A DNA stretch of 64,000 bases from Octopus vulgaris (taxonomy: Eukaryota): the NCBI GenBank assembly GCA_951406725.2, contig OX597832.1, forward strand, positions 20,336,001-20,400,000. Direction: 5' to 3'. The notes under the pieces were generated by a model. It was not told where the DNA came from. It did not search any database and saw only the letters and a program-made list of their open reading frames with translations. This document shows positions 11,880 through 25,617 of the stretch, one piece after another; the first letter of the stretch is position 1; every line of letters begins with the position of its first letter. The position numbers and the translations under genes were made by a program.

Positions 11880-12127
11880 GCACGTATATATATTTTATTA
11901 CTTATTTTTTGAGTATGCATGTAAGTATGAACATAAGGAGTGGCGTGTGTGTGTGTGTATGTGTAAGCATAGATATGTGTATACTTTTACGCATGTGTGT
12001 ACTTATGTGTATATATGGATGCGCGTGTGTGTGTGTGTGTGTATGGGTACGCATGTATATGTGTATGTGCGTATGTATGTGTGTGTGTATATATGTATAT
12101 GTATGTATGTATGTGTATGTATGTGTA

Positions 12128-12186
<59 letters not shown>

Positions 12187-12328
12187 ATGTATATGTGTAT
12201 GTGTATGTATTTGTATGTGTATGCATGCGCGTATATGTATGTATATGTATACGTGTGGGTGTGTGTATGTGTGTATATAGGTATGTATGTATGGGTGTAT
12301 GTATGTATGTATGTATGCGGATATGTAC

Positions 12329-12380
<52 letters not shown>

Positions 12381-12828
12381 GTGTATGTATGTGTGTGTGT
12401 ATATATATGTATGTATGTATTTGTATGTAGGTGTATATGTATGTGTGTATATATATTTATTGGTGTATATGTATAGACTAGTCTTCTAAGATTGTAGACA
12501 TGAATCTGTAGGTACGCGTACGTATGTGTATATACGTGTATGTATGTAGATGTATGTATGTATGAATATAACGCGTGCGTGCGTGTATGTGTATGAGTGT
12601 ACGAATGAGTGAGTGTGCGTGCTAACGAGTGTGCGTGCGTGAGTGAGTGCTTGTGCTCAAGTAGAAAGATAAAAGGGACTAGTTGTCGTAGCCAAGATGC
12701 TTGTGACCAGCGGTCAAAGATAACAAAAGTAATAAATGAAGATAATAAAATTAAAATTAGGGAATGGGTTTGTATTTGTATGTGTATATGTGTGTATGTG
12801 TAGGTATGAATAGGTACACATATGTATG

Positions 12829-12866
<38 letters not shown>

Positions 12867-13067
12867 TGTGTATAAGTATATATGAGTATATAGGGACTTG
12901 TGTGTTGTGTGTGCATGTGTGTATCTGGATATATGTGTGTGTATGTGTGTATGTGTATGTGTGTGTATGTATATATTATTTTTTTTGTGTATATGTGTAT
13001 GTGTGGTCGTGTGTGTGTGTGTATATATATACATGTGTGTGTGTATATGTATATGCATGTATATGTG

Positions 13068-13122
<55 letters not shown>

Positions 13123-13141
13123 ATATATGTATGTATATGTA

Positions 13142-13174
<33 letters not shown>

Positions 13175-13239
13175 GGGTGTGTGTGTATGTATGTGAGTAT
13201 GTATATGTGTGTGTGTGTGTATATATGTATACATATGTG

Positions 13240-13950
<711 letters not shown>

Positions 13951-14359
13951 AAATATGGAGTGAATTTTAGGGCTTATAGATCTAATATTTTCTATCCTTC
14001 CTTAATACCGGTTCCCATAAGCTGCTCATATTTGCACTCGGTCTGCTTAGGAGGTTATTGTGTCCTAGCATATGTGCTGCTTCTTTTAGTTTCGTATTTT
14101 ACAGTGGTGTTCTCTGTCTATTATTTTAACTTCATCCCACAGTAGAAGTGGTCTCCATTTTCCCATTCATGATCAACTATACCCGATTTATCAATATCTC
14201 TTCTTGTCTCAGCTTTGCGATGTTCGTCTACCCTTATTTTGAGGGGCCGCATATTTCGCCTTTGTAATACCTACCACAGATGCATGGGATGGAGTACACG
14301 CAGTCTTTGGTCATATTCTTTTCTATTGGTGGAAACTACAGAGTCCCTAAGACGATCGA

Positions 14360-14680
14360 GGAGAACGTTATAGACTAAATCATTAGCTTGTAAATATTCT
14401 CTATGGGTTTTATGCCATCACTACCTTGGGCAGAATTTTAAGCAACCCTAAATTTCCCTGCGTCATCGATAACCCAGAGACACCTAAACTACAGAGACAC
14501 CTAAAACAAACAGGGAGAACAGTATAGGCTAAAATATTACCTTGTAAGTATTCTTTAAACAATCACGGAGAATGTTATAGATGCTGGTGAAACATATTAG
14601 CCTTCGAGTGATGTCTATGGTTTTTATAACATCACTATATTGGGCGCAATTCTAAGCAATCCTAACTTGCCCTACTTCAT
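14360..14680. repeat. Old diverged local tandem duplication (GGAGAA..TATAG... units)
   Basis: 14360-14470 resembles 14567-14682; a partial third unit lies at 14513-14555. Confidence 0.65.
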
Positions 14681-15087
14681 CATCAGCATAATCCTCATAC
14701 TCGTCTGCATCCTCGTGTTTATTATCGACGTCATCATCACCAAAACTGTCATCAATACAATGCCATTCGTTATTAGCATTTGGTTTTATTATTGGTTCCC
14801 AAATAATTGGAATTAAATGGATATAAGTAGGGTAACGAAGATACGGAAAACGTAAAATGTTATAATAGACTTACGTGCTCATATAATCACATACACAGTC
14901 TTCCGCTCTCTCACTCTCACACTCGTACATACTGACTTGAAATACAATGAATGCAAACATTCCCTCTTTACACACAAGGATATGTGGGTGTGGGTGGGTG
15001 GGTGTGTGGGGGTACGTGGGTGTATGTGTTAGTGTGTGTATTTGCGAATGTGTATACAGAAAAATAAAAATATCTGCATATATAGAA

Positions 15088-15134
<47 letters not shown>

Positions 15135-15160
15135 TACACATTTATAGATAAATATATATG

Positions 15161-15196
<36 letters not shown>

Positions 15197-15213
15197 GATA
15201 TATATATATATGA

Positions 15214-15252
<39 letters not shown>

Positions 15253-15356
15253 ATATATACGTAAGTGTATTCATGCGTGTGAATGTGAGTATATATGTAT
15301 ATTATATGTATAAAATATGTATACTTACGTAAATATATATATATATATATATTATA

Positions 15357-15419
<63 letters not shown>

Positions 15420-16743
15420 GTATGTATGTATCTATCTATGCACGTCTTTATACTGTCATAGGCATCATATAACGAACGATGACAGCTCGTTTTCAAAATA
15501 AGATATTTCATGTTTTTTCACAGTTACAAGTTTATGTATATATTGTACGTGTACGTACGTGTGTGTAGGTGTGTGTTTATGTGTGTGCGTGTGTCTGTTT
15601 GCGTGTTCCCTTTCTTTTGTTTTTGTTCTCATTTGTTTGTTTTGCTTTATTTTACTTGTAAATTGTTTACCTTATTTAATTTTTATTCTTTGATGCTACT
15701 TCGGATTGAAATTTTTAGCTTAGATCTTCCTTTTATCCGTCTGTCAACTAGAATCTGTCTTAATCCTGTTTCTGTGGCATAAGGATTCATTTAACAGAAT
15801 CTCTGTAAAAGCCACTCGCTAACACATTGATTAGATCGCTCATTTAACAGGGTTATTTTATTGCAGTTATTCAACGAACTACACACAGAAACACAAGCAA
15901 AACTAAACTAAAACAGAAAAAAAGAAACCAAAAACGAAAGCAAAAAAAAAATCGAACGTGAACAAGATATATAAAGGAGTAACAAAATGAGGGAAAAGAA
16001 AATAAGGAGGAGGTTTAAATAAAGACATAAAAATTGAAAGAAAAAATGGAAATAAGACTTACATGAAGAAGGAAAAATATGAAAAGAAACGTTTTCATTC
16101 GGTTCGGTTTTCGCCATTATGCAAACGTATCTTGCTAGAATATTTTGGTATTGTTATGTGGAGAAGTGGTAATATTTGTTTGTTTGTTCGTTAAAGAATG
16201 TTCTCTACACAGTGTTTGTAACATTTTAAGGATTTTTTTCCTTGCTTCTTTTCCTTTAAGAAGATTGCTTTTCATTTCCTACCATTACCCCGCTTTCAAC
16301 TATCGCCCAATAAACCTTTCTTCTACCACGGTGTCGCGTACGTATGAAAATTAACCACCCACTGGCGGATGACTCTTTCTCTATCGTACTCATAAATGAT
16401 GTAGTTAACACGAAAATACACTGTTGCTTATCAATTCCCTGGGACAATTTATCTCTCTCGGCATGAACGTTGGTTCCGTCAGCGCCCCAAGACCGATTTA
16501 GTCAAACCCATCGGGAATAATTCAGACAGAAGATTCCAGCCATGTGAGGCACTCTAAAATGTTTTGTCCGAGGGATAGGATTCTAGTTTGTTATTCTAGA
16601 TATTAAGAGAAAAGATTCATGGAATATATAATTATCTTAATAGTTTTAAATTTATTTTATATTTAGTGTGGTTTTACAGCGATGGTTTTCTGTGTTCTAA
16701 CCCTTGGTACACCCGTTCAATCATCCGAACTTTCAGCAAACCT

Positions 16744-16931
16744 GTTCTATATTTAAGAGATGAGGAATTATGTACATTATTTACATTATTTACATCATTT
16801 ACATTTGACGGATATTTGTCTTCATCTTGTTTGTTGTTAACACAACGTTTCGTTTGATATACTCTCCAGCCTTCTTCAGGTGTCTTGGGGAAATTTCGAA
16901 CCTGGATTTTCGTTCCTACGGTATTTTTCGA

Positions 16932-17011
<80 letters not shown>

Positions 17012-17140
17012 GGGTCACTGCCTTGAATTTTGGGGTTAGTAGCCCGTGCTCTTAACCACTACGCCATATGCCGAAACGTTGTGTTAACAACAAACAAGAT
17101 GATGACAAATATCCGTCAAATGTATATTATGTAAATAATT
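16744..17140 (-). mobile_element. tRNA head-(AAT)n-hammerhead composite element with inverted terminal duplication
   Basis: Minus strand: box A TGGCGTAGTGG (17056-17066), tRNA-like arm, (AAT)n, HHR, 3' tail. 17070-17140 is an inverted copy of about 16785-16852. Confidence 0.7.
16840..16883 (-). ncRNA. Type I minimal hammerhead ribozyme motif
   Basis: ACAC-CUGAAGA-A-GGCUG-GAGAGUAUAU-CAAAC-GAAAC-GUU|GUGU with palindromic stem III AACGUU. The inverted copy at 17070 reads GCC-GAAACGTTGTGT, restoring stem II pairing. Confidence 0.75.
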
Positions 17141-17207
17141 TGAAGAAACCTATCAGCATCTTTTTAATCCGGAGACATTTTATTCTAAGACTATGTTGAG
17201 CCATATT

Positions 17208-17495
17208 TCTCTTTTCTTCTTTCACTTGTTTCAGTCATTTGACTACGGCCATACTGGAGGATCATCTTTAGCCGAACAAATCGACCCCAGGACTTATTAT
17301 TTGTCAATCTAGCGCTTAGTCTATCAGTCTGTTTTGCCGAACCGCTAAGTTATATACGACGGGCTTTTTTTCAGTTTCCAACTTCCAAATCTGCTCACAA
17401 GGCTTTGGCCGGCCCGACGCTACAGTAGAAGGCACTTGCCCAAGAAGCTACTCAGTAGGACTGAACCCGGAATCATCTGACTGCGAAGTGACCTT
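17208..17495 (-). mobile_element. tRNA-derived SINE family A
   Basis: Reverse complement of the 23951-24415 type (CACAAGGCTTTGGCCGGCCCG, CACTTGCCCAAG, GGACTGAACCCGGAA). Confidence 0.8.
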
Positions 17496-17734
17496 CATTA
17501 ACTAATCGACAATACCATAATGAACGCTTGATTCTTAATTGTAGAAGTATTAGTTATCGTGTAAAGATTTCATTATCGTTCTGAGTAGCACTGTTTTACG
17601 CCCATTTTGCTTTAGCCAGCCATATTCAACTAAGTGTTCTTTCCTATATATGAGCCTGTTATTACATCCTATTGTAAAACCTTGCCTGTAATATGGTATT
17701 TATTGCATTCAAGGTTACCCACACAAGACTAGTA

Positions 17735-17835
17735 ATTTCAGGGAAGATTTAAGTCGATTACATCAAACCCACTGCTCAACATTTATTTTATCGCCCCCGA
17801 ATGAAAGGCGAAAACGACCTCGGCGCCATTTGAAT
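17735..17835 (-). mobile_element. SINE family B fragment
   Basis: TTTATCGCCCCCGAATGAAAGGCGAAAACGACCTCGGCGCCATTTGAA is the reverse complement of the family B core. Confidence 0.7.
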
Positions 17836-18979
17836 TTTATTTAATTACACATTGAAAAGGTAATTGCACAAACGTTGAAACAGGATAGTTTTGTGGTGCC
17901 GCTGCACGGTGTGTTGTAGTTAAATGAGTGTGAAAACATTGTGGTCAATGAAAGACTTATGGCAAAACTTGCTTCGGAAGATATAATGAATATTATTTTG
18001 ATCTTTATAAATATCAATTTATTTTCGTATTGCAAAACTTAGGGATGGTCTTAGATTGCATATTAAACACATGCACTACATGTTTGGTCTTTACTTCAAC
18101 CTTATTATTATTGTTATTATTATTATTGAGTGAGAGAGCAGCGCATGCCATCAAAGTAACACTGTGGTAAAATATAGGAAGCCCAGTATACCCATAATGA
18201 CTAACCCTCTGATAAGGGTACACCAGGCTCATGCAGCACAACCATATGTGCGTGACATAGTGATCTCATATGAAAATCAACAGCGCATGGTATTGCAGGT
18301 GGGCCTCAGAATTTTCTTCTGGTCGAGTAACCCATCCCGCTCAAAAGGTCCCTGAATAGGGGTTGTTTAAGAATGATGTATAAAACACCCATGTTTCCAA
18401 AGGTGAATTATTCAATCCCCACCCAAATTCCTCTCAACACATGGCTATTATGCTTCCCCACTACTTCTGCTCGTGATCAGAGAAGCGCATATCAGCCACT
18501 ATGGTACATGCTCAAGTGGTTAAGGTCAAGCAACGGACAAGCAACCTGCTTATTGAGCAGAATATTTGCTGTAGCCCATCTTTTATACCAAGACAAAACA
18601 ATGTACATGGTAATTCTTGAGAGCCCCTGCCTGGTTCTGCATATTATTATTATTGCTGTTGTTGTTGTTTTTTAAAGCTCTTTCGTAACATATTCTGTGG
18701 CCTATTCATCGACTCTTTATCACAGGTGTTTCCTCTCGTTTGAGACAGGTGGGATAACCTGCGCGCAGATACATTTTTGTTTTTTCGAAAATTATAGTGT
18801 CGCTTACAATGCGTTGCTTACCCATGCTTTTTAATTGCCTTGAATTAAGCTTTGTAAGTGCTTGACTAGAAGAAGCTTGTTGCATAGCATTTGAGAAGTG
18901 TTTTCAACGTTTTTCAATGATGGCAGCTGAATCAAACGTACTGTAGTTCGTTGTAGAATATCTATGTATATTTGATGAC

Positions 18980-19148
18980 AATCAAACCAAATTTTCATCA
19001 TTTCGAACCACTCGACCAATAAGTATATCTGACAAATTTGGTGAAAATCCGTCCAGCCGTTTTCAAGTAATTTTGCAAACACACAGACAAGCGAACAAAG
19101 ATGAGTGATTAAAATACCCTGCTTTCGCTTACGTGCACACCTGAAGTA
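18980..19148 (+). mobile_element. Possible Helentron-associated (DINE-1/HINE-like) 3' fragment
   Basis: AAATTTGGTGAAAATCCGTCCAGCCGTTTT...CAGACAAGCGAACA...AATACCCTGCTTTCGC resembles the usual 3' layout of these elements (recalled pattern only). Confidence 0.35.
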
Positions 19149-20044
19149 AAGATTAAACGTATAGTGTGTAAGTATTTGGCAAAATATAGCCATCACGTAT
19201 TACATTATCAGTTTCAACTGATTTCACATCAAGAATTTGCATAATCGCAACAAAATTTCTGTACAATTTTCAGGCATGGTAGGTAACCCTAGATATTTTC
19301 CTTGTATTCAGTACCATAGATGCGATGTTTTAAATCATATACATGCGAACTTAATACGCCTGTTTGGATTGATATTTTTTTTAATTACTAATCAATACCA
19401 TACTATGTAATCCTTTCATGAATTCTGCCATCAGTACTTACAGTTAGTTTCTAACTTCTATGGCTGCAATCTGAGGTCTTTACAAGCATGTAATACTCCT
19501 TAAATTAGCAGCTATATGAAAGTAATGCGTTGGGTTATATTGGATAATGTTCAGTAAGCTAATTAAGTTATATTTTAACAACTTGCAAAACTTAAGCGTT
19601 AAACTTTGCCGCAAATGACAAAAACATTAAACTGCCATTCTCGGATAGGACGCTGGACAATAGCAGTTAAGATTACAAAATGGTGTTTCACACATTGGCA
19701 AAACAAAAGTTAGTATATATAGGAACAAAAGAAAAGGCGTGCTAATATACAGGCTCCTTCGCCGGATGCCAATACAGGATCCTTCACCGGATACCAGTTT
19801 ATCTTTTCCATACAAAAATTTCGTTTCCATATCGGATGTATTTCCGTCATAGAAATAAAATATAAATAGCGGTCATGGGGCGGTTGCCTCACCTCTTGGC
19901 ATGTGTATATACTTTCTGCGCTCTTCGTACAGCATTAAAATTGCCGCAACTCTTATTTTTAGCAATGTAAGCACTCCAGTACCATAAGTCATATTTTGTG
20001 ACGATTGAATTTTTTCCATTGTGGTATCACATTGCCCGTAGATG

Positions 20045-20110
<66 letters not shown>

Positions 20111-20114
<4 letters not shown>

Positions 20115-20472
20115 GTCAGTGTATACACATAAAATATCCAGGTGGGTGACATAGTAGCTCTCAGGTATATTCCAGGTTATGGCTAACGGCATCAAATAGT
20201 AAGACACGTTAGCGATCGCTTAATATGAACAATCCTATTGTAATTCTTCTGAAGTGTTCGCTTCAAACCACACTTTTCGAAAGAGCCTGAATGAAGGTGC
20301 ACACAATATTCTGGTGGGTTGTGTCCTCAGTTGTACATACTCCGTGCAACAGAAACACGTGTCGGTTAATTTAAGTAACTAAACACACAATATGACCAAG
20401 TGTAGAATTCAAAGTAACATTTGACGATGTACCAGTCTCTGTATTTGTATTCGTTGTAATTGATTGCAGTTT
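20111..20472 (+). mobile_element. PLE-terminus-like element between (TA)n tracts; related to 51402-51645
   Basis: Shares TATCCAGG...GGTATA...ATGGCTA and CCAGT...GTATT...TTGTAATTGAT with 51.4-51.6 kb, and TCAG.TATATTCCAGGT with 13.7 kb. Contains GAAAC-ACGT-GTC. Confidence 0.5.
20284..20367 (+). ncRNA. Degenerate hammerhead with two hairpins between the core halves
   Basis: AGCC-UGAAUGA-[hairpin ACACAAU/GUUGUGU]-[GUUGUAC/GUGCAAC]-A-GAAAC-ACGU-GUC|GGUU. Palindromic stem III and GUC triplet at 20361-20363; left core imperfect. Confidence 0.45.
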
Positions 20473-20483
20473 ATATATATATT

Positions 20484-20900
20484 GAATTTAAATATGTAGC
20501 AAGGATGTCCAGGTATGAATACATTACGGCCATTTCAAGCGGCTCCATCTAATCGATCAATGAAACCATTGCATCAATTTGAAGGAAAACACAAATATAA
20601 CATAAGGAAACGATGTAATTTTTTTTGTTTCTAGTATTGATACAAATTTGTTAAAAATGATTTATCCTTATTTTGGAAGTCTATATGGTCATCTATCTCT
20701 GAGGAGAGCGGTTTCTGTCACATTGATGTAATGTTTTTATTGATCGATTAAGTGGAGCCGCTCGAAACGGCCGTACTGTATTGATACCTGGACATCATTG
20801 TTACTTATTTACATTCTGTTCACCTAACTTGGAGTTTTGAGCGCTATACCGAACTAGATTCGTGCCTCAATTACAGTACCTAATTCAATTGAATCGTAAT
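20484..20900 (+). mobile_element. Inverted-repeat element (about 95-bp arms) with 3' extension; homolog at 50400-50975
   Basis: 20484-20579 is the reverse complement of 20723-20816. Arms contain GCTCGAAACGGCCGTA; the extension to (TA)n is shared with the 50.4-kb copy. Confidence 0.75.
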
Positions 20901-20985
20901 TATATATATATATTTGAGTGTGTTATATGTGAACGTATGTAAGTTTATGACTGTGTTTTTATATGTAAATGTATGTATGGATTTA

Positions 20986-21027
<42 letters not shown>

Positions 21028-22384
21028 AACACAAACATAAATATATTTGTGTCTGTGTGTATACATGCGTATATGCTTATATACACCTTGCTGCTTGCCC
21101 TTGTTAGTTCGATGGCTGCGAAAACGTCGATGTATTTAAATGTCACAATAGGGAGTAATTAGCTGCTTTTAATTGCTTCCTTAATGATATGTATTGTAGG
21201 CTTTCTCCTCCTCTCCCTCTGCCTCTTCCTCCTACTCTTCCTCCCACTACACTCCATCCTCTTTTTTAAACGACATGAACTACAGATTAATGTAATACGG
21301 ATATTAGTTAACCTCGCATTAGGAAGGAGAAACCATGTTGACATTCAAAAAATTATTCTCCGGGTTACGAACATTGCAATAATTATACTAGAAAAATTTT
21401 AAGTTGATTGTTAAGAATTTTTACGACACAAACACATACATACAACATACTGGTCCATATACACAAATGCACATGCTTATTTTACACACAAGCATATTTA
21501 ATACACATGCATATAAACACACAGTGAAACGAGAATGGTCGTTTTGCATAATTAAACAAAATGAATTATTTTCTGCAACAATTTGAAGCAGTAAATGTAT
21601 GGAAAGACGCAAGGGAAGCTTTCTTACCAGTTTGTATTTCGACCGATTGATGATGGACTGCCGTAATTATGTTTCCACTACATTACCGTTGACTCTGGTT
21701 ATAAAATTTAAAAAATTAAAACTGAACGCACAACGAATTGCTACGAGCGTTTCAGTGGGGATTTGAGCAATTTCGTTACAAATTAATTAATTTTTTTTCT
21801 GACATTCATTAAGATTATTTGAAAGCGTTCTCATTGGCTTTTTAAATAGCCAGTAACGAGAACACCAGCCTATTTAAAGCAAACTCCTTGGGGTCTAGTC
21901 AACCCTGTGAACTTTTCAGATAAATGCGATAATTTATTAGAAATTATGAAACGCCATTTTGTCCTTTTCTCAACACACACACACACACACACATATATAT
22001 GAGTGTGTGTGTGCCTGTGTGTGTGTGTGTGTCTATATAAACAAATATTAATCCCTTTTTTGTGTGTAGTGTTTCTTTACTTTTATTGAGGTAGGAAAAA
22101 TGTGTATTTTTAAAACGAATTTCATTGTAAAACAGAGCGCTTCCATTTGATCCTGGTTTACTCTTTCTAGAGTTTTTGCAGAAGAGAAATATAAATATGT
22201 ACGTATACATGATGGCTACCCCCTCGTTGTCGAGTATGGCCATTGCACAAAGCTTAACTGTTATTGGTGCTGTGATCGAATGTGACTTTTTAGCCCAGCT
22301 AAAGATCTACAATGTCTTGTACAGAATTGGCAACGAAAACCTTTACCGGTAATACATACACATACATATATATATATACATACA

Positions 22385-22548
22385 TACGACGGACTTCTTT
22401 CAGTTTCTGTCTAGCAAATCCACTCACAAGGCTTTGGTCGGCGCGAGGCTATAGTAGAAGACACTCGTCCAAGGTGCCACGCAGTGGGAGTGAACACGGA
22501 ACTATGTGTTTCGTAAGCAAGCTACTTACCACACAGCCACTCCTACGC
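22385..22548 (-). mobile_element. SINE family A, 5' half
   Basis: Minus strand GGAGTGGCTGTGTGGTAAG (box A) ... GTGTTCACTCCCACTGCGTGGCACCTTGG ... GAAACTGAAAGAAGTCCGTCG. Confidence 0.85.
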
Positions 22549-23950
22549 CATAATCTCTGTCCATTTACAGTTACCAACTGGTGGAGCATTTGAATCAGCT
22601 CAACGACCAGATATTGTATTCATTTGTCGAGCATGTATGTGTTTGGAATGCTGAGCGTTGCTTTCCGTTTTCCCTTCCCTTTCTTTTTATTTTGAACAGA
22701 AAATCATCAAGAATGACCGTTACTAATATATGGATAGCAACTTGGACTTCCACTTTGAAACAACACATTTGATTAACCTTCTTTTTCTGCTTCTCAGCAG
22801 GACATAAATCCAGATTTCCCTGGTGGCCGTTCGCAGTCATTAGAACGTGTGTAAATATACACACTCCGGCTGACCACACTGCGTTTAGGGTCGCCTCTAT
22901 GTGTGCCGTATGCGTTTATTTTTACACAAATGTAATAATACACCAAATCACGACTGCCCTGCGTATTCTTATGGCCGTAATGCCCATAATTTTGGTACAC
23001 ACATAATCTAGTAGTGGTCTCCGAAAACAGTTTTAAGAGCATATGAAATTCCCATCCGGTCTTCTAAAGAAACGGTATATCACATTCTTTACCCTTTCCT
23101 GGACATATTTGTACTTTCTCTTGAAACACACCGCTGTAGTTTCCTTAAGCAGGTTCAAATATTATTGCACTTCTGAAACTACAATATAAGCAAACGATAG
23201 AATGTAGTTGCTGTTGTTACTGGTGTCGTTTGGAATCATGTATTCACCGTTATTCTTTTCCCTAATTTTCTCTTGGTTGTACAAGCGTATGTGTTACTGA
23301 TCGAAGTACTGTCAGCGTTATGCGTCTTTGTTTCTTTCTTAAGTTTCAAAGTAATGTGTGTAATTTATTCGTATTAATACAACCAAACGAATGAAAGTAG
23401 CACTTCATGCTGTTTCTGAAAGTTTAAAACGTTGCAAAGCATGAAAATATTATGAAAGAAATATATGTTTAAAATATATAAGAGCTAAGATGAAATTGGT
23501 TATTAGTCCGCTTCTTTAGTATTTTTCAGAATTCCATTATAACATTTCTTTGTAAGATTGCGTATTTACATTTATTTATTGCAGATCGAATGTTTTACCT
23601 ACACCGAATTTCGAAAGGATGTCAACACACCATATTCTGAACAATTTAGGAAAATTCCTTTTCAGAGCCTTCCCTCAATTATTATATATCTCTGTTTACT
23701 TTATGCATCTTTCTGTGATATTGGGGTACCTAAATGGTTCCAGATTACGTTTAGCAGCTAAAAATTACCAAGGCAGAATTCTAGTGTGGGAACCTTTTGT
23801 TGCGAAATAACTCTTCCATAACCTCGTGGTGACCCAAGTTTCGTTGATGGAAATGAATAGACATAAGTATGAAGATCTTTGTCATATAGAGAGCAACTAC
23901 ATAACGGAGGGTCAAAATTGCTAGAATTTTTGTCATATTGTTTTTGCCTG

Positions 23951-24415
23951 AAGGCGTGGTTGTGTGCTAAGATGCTTGCTTCCCAACTACATGGATCTGG
24001 GTTCACTCCAGTTGCGTGGAATGTTGGGCAGGTATCTTTTATTAAAGCCTCGGGCCAATCAAAGTCTTTTTAGTGAATTTGGTACACGAAAACTGAAAGA
24101 AGCCCGTCGTGTATGTGTGTTTGTGTGTGTGTGTATGTGTGTGTGTGTGTGTGTCTGTATGTAATTCTTTGTGTCTGTATGTGTGTGTTTTTGTGCGTGT
24201 GTCGTTTTGCCGTGTTTGTCCGCCCAACATCGCTTGACAACCGATGTTTTGCGTTTACGTCACAGCAACAGAGTGGTTCGGCAAAAAACCGATAAAATAA
24301 GTACTAGGCTTACAAAGAGTAAGTCCTGGGGTCGATTTCTTCGGCTAAAAGAATTTAACGCGGTACTCCAGCATGGCCGCAATCAAATGACTGAAACAAG
24401 TCAAAGAGTAAAAGA
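23951..24415 (+). mobile_element. SINE family A, full-length
   Basis: tRNA-like head (GGCGTGGTTGTGTGCTAAG, GGGTTCACTCC), body, internal (TG)n, 3' CCAGCATGGCCGCAATCAAATGACTGAAACAAG and AAAGAGTAAAAGA tail. Confidence 0.85.
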
Positions 24416-24860
24416 ATCTACGATTAATGTATTCCGACAGCATGGAAATATTCTCGTACGACCCAAAAAACAAAATACATTGTGATATTCCCAGATTGAA
24501 GCTTACTTCCATGTTGTTCCAGCCTAGTATGACGGCATTTTATGTCTGTTTTCCTATTTGTACGAACAGCTTGATGCAGTGTGGGCAATCATCTACACCA
24601 GTTATCACTGGATGAAACACTCTGTTTTAGAGTTGCTACAACAAATTAGATATGTTATCTTTAAGTGTCAACTATGGTGTTTATAGGCCAGAACATTATA
24701 GCCAGTCGTCAGTATTGAATATATTGGAGATTTCATTAGGATTTTTTATCGAGCAATGTGTCAGAAACAGATTTACCTAAGATATATACACAGACAGGTA
24801 CGTAGGTTTACAACTCTAAAATTACATATGCATACGAATGTATGTAAAAACGTATATACG

Positions 24861-24892
<32 letters not shown>

Positions 24893-24894
<2 letters not shown>

Positions 24895-25085
24895 AATGGT
24901 GATTTTACTTCTCTTTGGATTTTCCCCTTCCTCCTTTCCGACGAAGAGCCATGCTCGAAACATTATAATCCCTCTCATTTCACCGAGCGTGAAACTAATA
25001 TATTTTTTGTGCACGTCCTCACATTCATGTTTTCCACTTTTCGCTTTATATTCGTTTTTTGAATTGCTTCTTCTTTAAATTAACT
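24893..25085 (+). mobile_element. Short HHR-bearing PLE-like element (family of 55.6 kb)
   Basis: TTT-CCGACGA-A-GAGC-CAT-GCTC-GAAAC-ATT-ATA at 24935-24967; flanks homologous to 55545-55700; between (TA)n tracts. Confidence 0.65.
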
Positions 25086-25529
25086 ATATATGTGTGTATG
25101 TGTGTGTATGCCTTTGTGAGCATATGCATATATATATATATATATATATATATGTAAATGCACATATATATGTGTGTGTGTGTGTATGTGTATGTACATG
25201 AGCGCGTATGTGTGGGTGAGTGTCACTTGTGACCTAATTTAAATGTCCGTCCTCTAGGTGTAGAATATAGGACAATTCAAGCAGTATGATGGTAACAAAA
25301 ATAAAAGAAAACAAACCGAAATCTAAAGTACAAGGTGAGAGAAAGATCTAGGGCGAGTGAAGGAAATTACCATACAAAAAAAACAAACAATTAAGTAAGA
25401 AAAAGAAGGAAGTAAGAAAAAGAAGACAGACACACACAAAGACAATGTAAAAACACATACGAACAAAATATATGAATAGGTAAAGGAATACAAGAAAATA
25501 AAAACCAAATGATGATGAAACTAACAACG

Positions 25530-25549
25530 AGAACAACAACAACAACAAA

Positions 25550-25617
<68 letters not shown>

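Noticed and set aside
14985-15020. G-quadruplex-like (GGGT)n run
   Set aside because: Ordinary degenerate (TG)n/(TGGG)n microsatellite with no functional context.
19740-19860. Minus-strand GAAAC-GAAAUUUUU-GUA with UUUCUA/UGGAAA pairing and duplicated CCGGYGAAGG
   Set aside because: Hammerhead-like right half, but no acceptable CUGANGA core or stem II.
22660-22860. Two strong-looking splice acceptors (…TTTTGAACAG 22699; …CTGCTTCTCAG 22797)
   Set aside because: No convincing coding frame or matching donor; may be non-coding exons but unsupported.
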